Positions 13,457 through 26,300 of a stretch of 64,000 nt of DNA are shown piece by piece. Position numbers and translations under genes: made by a program. The notes under the pieces were generated by a model, which had not been told where the DNA came from, made no database searches, and was given only the letters and a program-made list of their open reading frames with translations. The first letter of the stretch is position 1; each line of letters opens with the position of its first letter. The stretch is from Lepidodermella squamata (Eukaryota > Animalia > Gastrotricha), in contig JBLDXI010000020.1 in assembly GCA_047495785.1 (NCBI GenBank), positions 3,038,001-3,102,000 on the forward strand. The letters are read 5' to 3'.

Positions 13457-14355
13457 TTACAAAGTAGGCTTAACATAAACTCCGGTGCCCTCAACTCCTT
13501 CGCGATCAACTCTATCCGTATCCCGATACGCGGCAGCACGAGCACATTCCGAGCGAGATCTGAAAGTGCTAAGATGTGGTTTGGCATTATTTTCGAACTT
13601 CGGCAATTTCCACAGAGGCTTGTCGTCAACTTTGGGTTGATAAACACGAAGCAGTGATGTCCTCGTCTGGTATGGCTGATCAATCCTTTGTTTCTAATAA
13701 TTAAAATTGAAATGTACAAACACAGTCAGAGTAACAATTGAATTGCACAAACCACAACTTGCTGCTCCTTCTTGCGCTCATTAGCAAGGGCAGCTTGTTG
13801 TTGAATCCATGCATCCTGGTATTTGTGTTCAATTAAACTGTAGATCGGAGTCGAAGGTCTGGTGGGAAGTCCGAAAACCATATTTGGAGGGATCCTACGA
13901 ACTTTCGTCGAGCACTTCTTAATGTGCTTATCAACCTTGCGAATGTCGTTTGACGCCTTAAAAGCAGCCAACTCGTCAGTGGTGACGCATCCGTTCATTG
14001 CAGCAAGGCGATTCATTTCAACGAAGTCTCGTTCGTTCTCTAACTTCCTTCTAGTAATCGGCAAGCTAACCGATTGCCATCCACAGAGCGCTAATAATAA
14101 TAATTTCATTATAACACTGTGGTTCAATAGAGAAAACCGGAAGCTTACTTTCTTTGACGCCGACCCCAGTCGGTCTGGTGGGAGCACCAAATGTTGCTTG
14201 GTCAGGAACATTGTGTCCTCGAGACAACGAACGTGCCAGATCAGACTGTGATTGCAACATAATGAAAATGATGAGCATACACTAATTTTGGCTTACTCTC
14301 AAATGTAGTGGATTTCGAAGCATTGTTTGGCGTTTGTCCCCAAGGACGCCAGTAG
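13457..14355 (-). CDS. CFAP77: Cilia- and flagella-associated protein 77 (multi-exon; 5' end not resolved)
   Basis: Spliced peptides RQTMLRNPLHLRSDLARSLSRGHNVP, RDFVEMNRLA, FGLPTRPSTPIYSLIEHKYQDAW and PLWKLPKF...HLSTFRS match recalled CFAP77. Confidence 0.85.
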
Positions 14356-15327
14356 CTGTATGAGAGTAATCACCGATCATTGTTCTTTTAACTAGTCCTA
14401 CATGAGAAATGTGGTTGATGTAATCTGCAAGTGCTGAGTTATATTACTAATTAGTGATTTTTAAGGAATATTGTATAGGCTGCAACGAGTGCTCAGCTGC
14501 GGGAAGAGCTATGAACGAAAACAGTAGTAAAATCAACAATGAATAACAGGTTTCTAAGGACAGACGTTGCCAGGAAAGCATCCTGTTACTAAGAACAAAT
14601 AAATGATGAAAACAAGTCTAACAAATTTTAATTTACGCTTTTAATCATTATACAAATAATCGAGTTAACAAAATAAAATATTAAATTTTGGTTTCGCGCG
14701 CGCAAACTTCATGCGGAAATGAAGCGAACGTTCTCGATCCCCTGTAGAAAAGGCTTTGCTTGTGGTTTTTAGAAGGAGATTCTATCTGATAAAAACTCAT
14801 GGCCAGTCGTATTTTTATAGATTTCATGTCGAAATCTCGTTTTCGGTTTTGTCAGAGGAGATCGCAAGCTGCCCGAATATTTTATTTGACTGATAACAAC
14901 GCTTGAAAATACTGGCATGCGTAAGTCGGTGGCGATGAAAGTCTGAGGCCTGAGGCCAATACACTTGGATGAGACAGACTAAAAAAACTGCTGCTAATCT
15001 AGCTCACCAGACTCGCGTCCGTGCGATTACCCAACTGCTTCATTGGCCTTGTTAGCTCGCGGCTCGCGAATACGATCTTGGTTCGTCTGATAATTCTCTA
15101 CATAAGGTTGAAGTAACATTTGAAATATCTTCGTGATACGTTCTTGGTCGATTTGGTAAATTTGATCCCAATCGCTTTCCTCTTTTACGTAATATTATTC
15201 TGAAATTAACTATAGATCAATGGAAACTGTTCTTCATTTTCTACTGTCCTTGTTTAACTATAAGTATTTTAATTGTATTCATCTTGTATCTTGCGTTTCC
15301 ACCTAGTGTGTGTTAAATTATAAGATA

Positions 15328-16578
15328 ATGCAGCAGCTATGCCCCACAGTTTCGTGGGGTCAGAAGAAGGACACAATATTGCTGAAAGTTCATCTGAAAG
15401 ACATGAAGGTAAAGATCCTATAAGATGCCTAAAAAATGTCTTTAATTACTCTTGGTGCACAGAATCATGAAGTCAGTGTTTCGGGTGGTTCGATCTCATT
15501 CAGTGGATTTGGCATAGGCGCTAATGGAGAGAACAATTACAAATTTGATTTGAAGCTTTTCAATGCTGTGAGTGATAACCCCTCGGTCACTGTTTCTCCT
15601 GCTGGCTGTCAAATAGTTTTGACCAAGAAAAATGAAGACGAACCGTGGCCACGTTTGACCAAGGATAAGGCGAAACTACCATGGCTGCGCGTTGACTTCG
15701 ATTATTTAGATACCGGCGATGCTGATACCGAAAGTGAAGGGGCTGACGATGAGGCTGACAAAGATTTCAATATACAAAACGTTGAAAAGATGCTTAAGCA
15801 TTCGCCAGCTGAAATCAAGGCACAAATGATGTCTTCTCTGAGTAAGTTTTCCTACTATTTTTGAGGACTTCCTATTTATGATCTTTTTGATTATTTCGCA
15901 GATGATAGTTTGAAGACGATATACCTGTTTTCATACAATATGTTCCAATGGATTGTGTTTTGCGTGATTCTCTTCAATTTGATCATCACCGTTGCTGTCG
16001 AACGCTTGCCCGAGGCATTTTACGTCCAAACCGACTTTTTATTCAAACTTGCTCAGGGAGTAATGTTCCTAGAGGTTGTAAATGCAGCTCTTAAATTGAC
16101 TAAATCCTCATTGATTCCGACTCTTATGCAAATCGGTGGCCGGGGCCTGTTTATTTTTGTAATTCTACCGAATGAGCCTCGACTACAGTCTTCGTTATTC
16201 ACACTCGGCCTGTTTTTCGCCTACGCTGGCGCTGAACTCTTCCGATATCCGTTCTACATGTTTCAAACATTGGGAAAAGACTGGCACCCAATCAGCTGGC
16301 TGAGATACACCGTTTGGATCTTCCTTTACCCATTCGGTTTCGCCATGGAAGGCGCTATTATGTACCTGTTTATCACCCATCGCGCTGAAACCATGTTTGA
16401 GCCCCAAATCGCGACCCTTGCTCCATTTATCACGATTCCAATCTTGCTGTTGATGATGATCGGTGACTACACGATGTTGCGGTATATGTGGCGTCAACGT
16501 GTGAAGAAATTCGGCGGCGGAGGATCGTCGGCCCAAAAAACGCGTCGAGGCCCGCCTCGGAAGCCGAAAACCACCTGA
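15328..16578 (+). CDS. HACD3: Very-long-chain 3-hydroxyacyl-CoA dehydratase 3 (exons 15328-15408, 15463-15841, 15902-16578)
   Basis: N-terminal CS/p23 domain (PTVSWGQ...WPRLTK..KLPWLRVDFD) plus PTPLA domain (ELFRYPFY, WLRYTVWIFLYP-x-G-x-x-x-E). Confidence 0.92.
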
Positions 16579-16873
16579 ACAAGTCGAGCGGAAATGATTG
16601 CGAGCATAATTTGTAACAGAAGTATTGTGCATATTTTCGATTCATTATTGTAGTTTCGTGAGATGTACCTATTGAGTCTGGTCTCGTTTCATAAAAAAAA
16701 AGATATATCTATATATAAATGTATTTCACAGTGCTACCCCGACTTTGATTGCAATACATAGTTTCGGTGTCTAAAGAATAATCCACACAAACACTGCTTG
16801 TCTTTGAGAAAAAGTGAAAAATTATGTCGATTAAATGCGAAATTTTTTCAATTTTTTTAGAGTTTTTCTCTAC

Positions 16874-19118
16874 ATGTCTAAACCCAAGTTTGCAGCTGGC
16901 GAAAAGGTGCTATGTTTCCATGGTGTGCTGCTGTATGAAGCCAAGATATTAGAAGTCGATACAAAAGACAAGGTGCCAAAATATTTGGTCCACTATCAGG
17001 GATGGAATAAAAAGTTGGCATTAGAAAAATTTCTAAGAAAAATAATAAATTTTTTCCGAATTATAGTTGGGACGAATTTGTTTTGGAGAAACGGATTCTC
17101 AAGTTCAACGAGCAAGGCCTGGCGAAGCAGAAAGAACTGAGGCAGGCGAATGTTGGCAAAAGGAGTAGTCGGTTGTTTCGAGATAATGCGAAACCGCCAG
17201 GGGGCGGCGAGACCAGCTCAGTTGAAGACAGCGAAGGCGGCGGTGGAACGGGAAGCGCTGAGCCGCCTACCCCCACAGCGACTTCAAATACCGACAGCTC
17301 ATCAGCCCTACCTACAGAAAAACCGACTAAAAGTGAGCTGTTTGTCTAAAATTATTTCTCGAATTTAATTCAATTTATTTCAGAGGGTCCTCCTTCAGAA
17401 TCTGGAGCTAGTGATACATCGTCAGTTGTAGCTCAATCCGAGACTTCGAATAGTAAGCGGCGTAAAACCGCTCCACCTGCCCCGAAAGAAACCGGTACAG
17501 TTGAGACGGAAGAGGCGTACGTGAGTAAGCTCGAAGTTCGCATCAAAATTCCGGAAGAGCTCAACGTGTGGCTTGTCGACGATTGGGATCTCATCACGCG
17601 TCAGCGTAAACTTGTCTCACTGCCGGCGACGAAATCGGTCGATGCGATTCTGGATGAGTACTACGCGGCGAAAAGCGAGCGCGCCGGGGCGTTGGTGAAA
17701 ACTACGCTGACTGAACTTGTTCAGGGCATCCGCGACTACTTCAACGTCATGCTTGGCTCGCAGCTGCTGTACAAATTTGAACGGCCTCAATACAGCGATG
17801 TGAGTTTTCCGTAGAACGTTCATTTTTCGACTAATTTTTCCGAAAAATTCAGGAAAGCATATCTTTTAGGTCAGGATTTCTCGAACATGATAATTAAAAC
17901 ATGATAGAATTCTAAGTCCTTATAAGAATTGAAGGCTTTTCTATTACATTTTTCCTTTAAATTTTTTGAAAGCGAACAAAATTCCCAGCATTTTCTTCGG
18001 TTTTTGTGGACAAATCTCTTGAAAATCGCAAACAAATCAAGGCAGCAGGAATGTTAGGTTGGAGGAAAATATATTGAAAATATTTATAAATTGAAGAAAA
18101 AATTGAAGAAAGATTAAAGAATTGAAGACAAATTGAAAAAATTAAAGAAAAAATATCAAGCACAAAGTTTCACATTTTTAACTCGATTTTCTGGAACCGG
18201 ATCTTAGCGATTTTGAGAGCGATCCAGAGGCTTGGCAGGAATCAGGAATTTCAGCTAGTGCGATAAAATTCTAGAGATTCCAGCTTCACTAGATCATGGG
18301 GTTCGGCCAGAAGGTTTCTGAAATGAAAACTTTCTCCCTGGAGGTGTTTATTTCCGAGATCTTTTCTTGATAGAGACCGTTGTTACAAATATTTACTAAT
18401 ATACTAATATAAAAAGGAATTTTCGAATTTTACTAATATACTAATATTTTCGGAAATTTTGATTTTTTGAATATTTTCGAATATTCTCGAAAATTCGGCA
18501 TTATCTGGTGTAGAATTTTAAGAATCCGAATTTTAACGTGTCATGATTCACAGCCTTTCGACTTTTTCGCTCAATTTCGCTCTTATTTATAGATAAAAAT
18601 CCTATAATTTGAAATTTCAGAGAAAAATAATCATTTTTCGCTAATAGCATGCGATACACAAAAATATCCTGCATCCTTTGACTGAACTCGAATCAGCCAT
18701 CGGTAAAATTGTCGTATGACGTACTATTATAGTGAATTTTTAAACTAGTTGAAATGCCAAAGTCTGATCGCTAATGATTTTTAATAGCCAAATCATGCAT
18801 TTTTAATGTCGCCATTATTTTAGTTGTTGACCGAACACCCCGAATCGTCGCTATCTCGCCTCTACGGCGCTCCGCATCTGCTGCGGCTCTTCGTCCGGCT
18901 CGGGTCGATGCTAGTCTACACGCAACTCGACGAAAAGAGCATGCAACAACTTCTTCATCAGCTTCACGATTTTCTCAAGTAATTCAAATTTCTTTCAACT
19001 AATTTTCAATTTTTTTAATTTTTTTTAAACCAGGTGGTTGTCGATCAATTCTTCTAGATTTTTCTCTCATTCCTCCTACATGATCACAACACCCGAGTAC
19101 CAACGGCGGGCGATGTGA
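16874..19118 (+). CDS. MORF4L1: MRG15 chromodomain/MRG-domain protein, multi-exon
   Basis: Chromo barrel GEKVLCFHGVLLYEAK...YLVHYQGWNK. MRG domain WLVDDWDLITRQ, YFNVMLGSQLLYKFERPQY, YGAPHLLRLFV. C-terminus PEYQRRAM. Confidence 0.95.
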
Positions 19119-20337
19119 TTGGCACTGCGGCAGAATTTCAACCTTTTCTATTCATGAATAAAATAAAAAAAAATAGCAACACAAATCTGTCAATTTTTCG
19201 AATTCCAGACCGACGCACGGTGAACATAACTTTGCTGATTCTTGCTCGATTTTCCCTGTTGTCTTTTTTATACACCAGTAAAAATTGCTTCAAATAATAG
19301 AATAAATGCAATGATGATAATGATATTGTCGCCAGTTTCTTTTCTCTTTCTCGCTATATAGTTTGTTGAGAAACTTCTTCTGAAATCGCTATATTATTGG
19401 CATGAAATTTTGAAAAAAAATAAAAATAAAAAACGATGCCGCGTTGTATAATTCTCCTTTTATTCCAGGGCTGACCCGGAAAATTTGAATGCATGAATGA
19501 GAAACGGCAACATTTTTGTGGCTATTTTGCTCCTGTCCCTCGTGCGCCTAACCCCGAAAATTGATTGGCTGGCGTGGGAAAATAAGCTGAATTTTAAATT
19601 GAAACGACCGCGTGGTTGTTTCGGTGCGTTCCATTGTTTCTCGGTCTTGCATTCAAAATATTATCATTGAAGGTATTCATTTATATGGCAGACATTTGTG
19701 TGTAAACGAAAGATTGAAGAAAAGAGGTCGTTATAACCGAAAAACACGTTGAACGAGAAAGAAAGGCGTACGTACACCTCCAAGAGGCGTGCCGCAAAGT
19801 CAATGATTGATTTTTTCGGATCGATTATTGTCTTGCGCTGGCAGTAACATTTTGGTTGTATTATGGCGGCGCACTTTGTGTTGGCGCCACTTGGCTATTC
19901 TAGCGACGCGCGCGCGTAAACGGGTCGATGCGCGCGGCGAGTGTCGCCTAGTGCACGTCGAAGCGCGAAAACAAACTGCGCGCAAGTGCGATCCGGCTTC
20001 GAAATGCATTGGCCGATCAAACTTTAATCATTCTGCCGTTGTGTTGCTAGCAACATCCAGCGATGAGCAATGCTGCTTGCGTTTCACTCATAATGCCAAA
20101 TAATAAATGATAATAACGCAATAAGACCTGCTGCGCATATTTAGCAAAAAAATTGAATCGCTGGACAGAAAATTCAGCGCAATTGTTTAAAAATTTGATC
20201 TTCAAAATTCTAGGAATAACCGAATGCGAATAATTTATCGAATAGCGCTTCTTGCGCTCTGTGGCCAAGTTGCGCGCTTCCAAGGTCAGCAAACTATAAC
20301 CCAATTTCTAGTTATTTTCATTGAAACATTTTAACAG

Positions 20338-23300
20338 ATGCGACTACAACTCAGTCGTCAACTGTGAGTACTTCGACCATGTCCACCAGCACCGTTTCTA
20401 CAACTACGGCTCATTCAACGGTGACTGCGACTGTAACAGGGACTACTACTCAAGTTTCAACAACAGCCGTCAACACTACAACAGCTTCTACAACTGCAGC
20501 TACAACTAGTTAGTCCGGAAATATTTCTGTGTTTTCTTTTACAATGTCTGAGTGTTTTCAGCTCCTTATTGCTTGTTGCAATGTCAAAATGGAGGGTTCT
20601 GTTATACCAACATCGACACCTATGAAATGGCATGCATATGTCCTGGAAACTGGGGCGGAGGGCTTTGCGAAATCGGTAAGTCGTTACTTGATTTATGTCC
20701 TAGTTTTATTTGATTTTTTTATTGATTAGACCCTCGAGGCTCGAAAATTTCTTTCAATACGCCATGTGCGTACGATAGCGATTGCTCGGGTCCAAACGAA
20801 TTTTGCACGAGGTACCCTGGAGGACATCGTTACACTTGGCCAAAGTACGAGCCTTACATTTACAAACCTCCAGTACCGGCCGGCTGTATCTGCCCAACTA
20901 CAACAGCCGCTACCACAATTTTTACAACTGTAACTGGGACGGAGACAACTACGACCACCGTAACGACTACAACGGCTGGCACGACCACGGTGACTACAAC
21001 TACAGCCCCGACTACAACCGGTTACAACACAACTGCTGGTCCTACGACCCCTATGATGACCACCCTATGCATTTGCGGCACTTTGGACCCGAATATAACT
21101 ACAACTACGGTTGCATCTACTACGACAACCACAACAGCCCCTACCACTACGGCTTCAACCACAGCACTACCTCCAGGGGTTACGTTGAAGCCATGGGGTG
21201 TCTGCTACTGCAAACCGGGTTACTTCTACAGCGATGATTTAGCAGGTTGCGCAGAAAACGACCCATGCGCTCTTGGTGAGACTTGCGGGCAAATCGAAGG
21301 AGGTTTCTGCGAGATGCTTGGCGATTCTCTAAACTGCACTTGTCCTTACTACATGACCGATATCTATTGCAATGCAACCGTACCAATCTGGGGCAATTGG
21401 ACCGATTGGTCGCAGTGTGACAACTCGACGTGCGGAGTTTGCCGGCAAACTAGAACACGGCCTTGCATCGACCACCGCGGCTATGAAACCGACCCGTCCT
21501 CGTGCAACAACTTGTTTGCCACAATTGGGGGCGAAATTCAAATGAATTACACAACCATGTCAATGAACTGCACGGCGGCTGATAATCCTTGCACGCGTGA
21601 TCCGTGCAATTCCAATAATTTCAATCGGACACAGCTTCATACGTGTATTCAGAACCCGAACGCTCCGCAGGGATTCATCTGCCAATGTGCGAGTGGTTAC
21701 GTACATCGAGGCGACAGCCCCCTTTGCTTCGGTAAGTTGCATAATCTAAGATTTAACTAAGTTAAACTCATCCATCTTTTAGAGGAGAGCAAATGCTTAG
21801 GAAGCAATGACTGTCAGCTAATGATACCCGGTGTGATTTTGGCGCCTCGGAAGTGCATTCATATGGGTTATGGTAACTACACATGCGAATGCCCAGCTGG
21901 TTACAAACAAGACCCGAAAGATACAACTTACCGGAAGTGCGTCGATATCGATGAATGCGCGCTTGGAACCCACAACTGCGACACCTCTGATCGAGCAACC
22001 TGCACAAACACTTTGGGCGGCTTCACCTGCACTTGCAATACCAACCTTGTCGGAGACGGTACCCTAGGAAGTTGCCGATGTGAGTTGAATTACAAAAAAT
22101 CAACGAACCCCATTAACTAATTGAATTTTTAGTTGACGTTTTTCTGGCTTTTGCTGCTTCCGGCGACAACTTTACCTACATACCCCCGGATGTTGCCCAA
22201 AACTCAAGAATGACGACACCCTGTGTTGCCGCCAGAGTTCCGATCCCCCTTCATACTGGGCTTTTCGCAACCAAATTCTACGCGACTTGGAATGGCCTGA
22301 TTGTCATGACGAACTACACCGAAGAAGAGGCCTGCAACCAGTTTGCATTCGGCTCCCCGCCCCAGAGTGGTCTTTCTTCGATGAAATTGCCGAAACGTGT
22401 CGTGGGTGTTGTCGCACCTTACTGGAGTTCGATGGGCAGCTGGTTAACTAGCGACTTACCATCAATGGTAAATTTTTTGGCGAATAATAGTCATCATTCA
22501 GCTTGTGATCTTTAATTTTCTAGAGCCAATATCGCCGTGGCATATACTTCAAAGTTTTCCATAACAAAACTATCCCTCTAACGGGTGTGTATGCTAACAA
22601 CCCCACCGCTACTACCTTCTTCCAAATTCTCGTTGTTTGGCACCGAATGCAGTATGTCGCTAATCCAAACCAGGAAGCGACCTTCTACGCTTGGGTCAGT
22701 TCGAATTTCATCAACACCTGGGCTGGGGCAGGTTACGGTGATAAACTCATGAACTGGAACATCCTCTCACCCGATACCTCCTCAGTATACCCGGTCAGGG
22801 TTGGCGTGTTCTTGTCGTCAACCTTCTACGCTGAATGGGCGTATTCATGGCCGTCTGCTACGAATACAACAGCAGTTGCGGCCATCAAAGCTCCAGATGC
22901 TGTTTTCGACTTTTTGTCTGTTGATTACGGCAAGGGTATTCAGTGGCAAATCGGGGATGAAAGCACAAAGACCCTATCGCCATACCGCCATTGCGCCGAT
23001 TGGGCTCTGGACGCGTTCTCCCAACCTCGTCTTGCACGGATGCAACAAATCGCACAGTACTGCCCTCCTATAAAATCTATGACATTGGGCATGCATCGAT
23101 TCCAGAAAATTGCAAATAACACCTGGCTGGACTGTTACAGATGGATTGAGGGCGTCGATGTTGCTGATGATACTATCTACGCATCTTGCTGTTACGACTA
23201 CGCAACGGGCAGCTTGGTTCAGCCGCAAATTACCTTGACCTTCGCGATGCCTGGCCACGTTCAACGCAAGTCAAATGGAGCTAAATCGTTGTTGACTGAC

Positions 23301-26300
23301 AGCGATGCGTTGCAAATTTGTTGCATTCCCTATCGAACTGCCGCCTGCAACTATTTCTCGACTACAGCGGGGACGAGTGCGTTGTTCAAAGCCTCTACTT
23401 TGGCCACTGCGTATGGCTCTGGTCATGTTACGACCTTCGACGGAGCTGAGTACGTCATTAAAAATCGAGGCGATGTGACACTGACTGACATTTTCGACCC
23501 ACGTTTCGGAGCAGCCGCTCTTAGATTCCGGTTACAGGTATATTTTATTCAGAAATTTGGGTCCATTGTGTAAATTATTTTCAATCAGGGTCGATTGGAA
23601 CTGGCCTCAAAACTTATCAATGGCACGGACCTGACTACGCCAGCTGGAACTTGGAATTGGACGGCTTGGAGCTCTTTTGCCGTTAAACTTTACAACCCAG
23701 ACAGCCCGATCGTCGAAGTCCGCTTCAATGCAAGCAGCGATTACGGCTACGACATTTTGTTTGATCGCGTTTGGATGCCGATTCCGTGCGTCTACCCTAC
23801 AAGCAGCACATCAGCTGGCACGACTGTTTCGACCGATACTACGACAACATCAACTACTACAACAACGAGCACTTCGACCTCGACAACAACTCCGCCACCT
23901 GTGACTACAACTCTGGCACCAACAGCTGCTGATAAGTGCGCATCGGAAGTTAATGAGACGTGGATCTGTGAGTATCCATTGTCCCGCATGACAGTTCGAC
24001 TCGGTTATGACTGGGTCATCATCAGCATGTACAACGGAGCTGCGGTGAAAATTCGGGTCCATGACTTCTTTTTGAGCGCACTTTTGATAACTTCATCCGA
24101 CTGGAACGACAACTCAACCGGACAGCCGCAGTTGTACAAGGGCTTGTTTGGAAATAGAAACGGAAATAAAGACGACGATATGCAGACGAACTTCGGGGTT
24201 CAATACGACTTCTCGGCGTCCTCTGTTTCCACCGTTGCTAAATCATGTGAGTTTGAAACTGGGATTCCTAACTAAATTTGAGCTTTAATTTCTCTACCAT
24301 CAGGGTTTGTGACTCAAAGTTCATCACTCTTCTTCTACCCTACTTCGGCCCCATACCGAAACACCCGGTTGACATGGCTCGCCCACACTCCGACCCTGGG
24401 TCGCTCCAACCTCGAAGCCCTCAATACCGCTTTAAGTCGCGTAACTCAACAACAAGTCAACACTTGGTGCTTCAGCAGTGAAATATGCATGCTGAACGCT
24501 GCCGTTTTCGGAGACATTCGTGCTGGTCGCAACGCCCTCGAGTTCATAAACTGTTTCAGCTCGTCCAAAACTACAGCCTCGAGCTACCCCGTGATGGCTA
24601 TTAACGGGAGTGTAGTTTTAAAAGTGACGCATGGCCAGTCGTTAACTCAGCAAATTGAGTTGTACAGCCCGATGAATCAGCTGTATACATTGAAGGCCAT
24701 TACCGTACCGGATAACTTCACTGTCCCAGAAGGCACCAATCAGCTAACCGCTCCTAATGTAACCCGTGGAATGGTGAATGAGACTACGATCATCCTAGCG
24801 GCGATTGACAACCTAGGGACAGCTTCTTTGCTCATCGCGTCAGTCCAGCTGTGTCGATGCCAAAATAATGGCGTTTGCTTGTATGGCTACGGATACACCC
24901 TTTACTCCGAAATGCCTTGCCAATGCCCAGTTGGTACTGGTTGGTCTGGCAAGTTCTGCGATGAAGATCTTGACCCATGTCTACTATCGCCTTGCTCATC
25001 GGGTGTCTGTGCTCGAAATGACACCTTCCGAGACCAGTATATCTGCAAACCATGCCCAGCTCCTTACATTGGCGATGGAACTCGATGCTATCGTAAGTTG
25101 GCTAATTGTTCTTCCTTTTTCGAGTTTTACGATGTCTTTTTTCAGTGGACGACCCGTGTGGAAATGGCAAAGCCCTCTGCACTGGCTTAGCCAAGTGCCG
25201 TAACACCTTCCCGAACTATGTTTGCGAGTGTCCGACGGGTTATGTACCCGAGAATGGTGGCTGCCGCGACATTGATGAATGCTTCTCGAAAACAGCGACC
25301 TGCCCTGGCAATTCAATCTGCACAAACACACCCGGCTCATACAAATGCACTTGCCAGCCCGGTTACAGGCTAGATCCAACTGGTCAATGCTCAGATATCA
25401 ACGAGTGCGTGGAGTCGATCCGAGGCCCATGCTCCGCGATGAACTACTCGATTTGCGTCAATTCAATCGGATCTTACTCATGCCAGTGTGCCTTTGGGTT
25501 CCAGGCGTCCCCTGATAAAACAACATGCATACGTAGGCCATAAAACTTTCCATCTTAAGATTGCCCTAATTGAGTCTTCTTTCCCAGCTGTTGATGCCTG
25601 CAAACTGCCAGCCGTTAGTTGCGAGGGGTCGTGCAATCCAGCCAATGGAACTTACACTTGCGGTTGCCGAACTGGTTTCAATCTGACAGGAACCTCACAA
25701 TGCATGCGTATGTCCTGCCTTGATCATAATTTTTTTTGAATTATCTTCAATTTTCGCAGCAACTACCAACTGCACCGCTGCCCAAGTTACGGCAGCAGCT
25801 TGTGGCTCACATCCCAACGCACTTTGCTACATTGGAGGCGACGGTAATCCGACCTGTACCTGCAAAGGCCGCTTCGAATTTTCTGGCGGTACTTGCGTCG
25901 CTATCAACGAATGCACTAAAGGAACCAGTATGTGTGACTTGTCTGTCTCGAACTGCGTAGATACAGACTCCGGCTACACCTGCCAATGTAAAACTGGCTA
26001 CACCCAGGCGACGGATGGCTTCGGTTGCGTTGATGTAAACGAATGTGCTACTAACTACGGCGGCTGTGACATCTTGCTATCAACCTGTGTCAACACCCCT
26101 GGCTCGTTCTACTGCAGTTGTAAACAGGGATACATCGCCTCGACTCCTGATTCAAACGGCCGAGTGACTTGTACTGATATCGACGAGTGCAAGATTCGAA
26201 CTGCAAATTGCGCGCTGATTGCCACCTGCACGAACACACCAGGAAGCTACACCTGCGCTTGCCCTGCCGGCTACACCGGGTCAGGGCAGTTCTGCAGTGA

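Noticed and set aside
13432-13719. 95-aa minus-strand ORF as a gene
   Set aside because: The real CFAP77 last exon uses another frame and ends at 13457.
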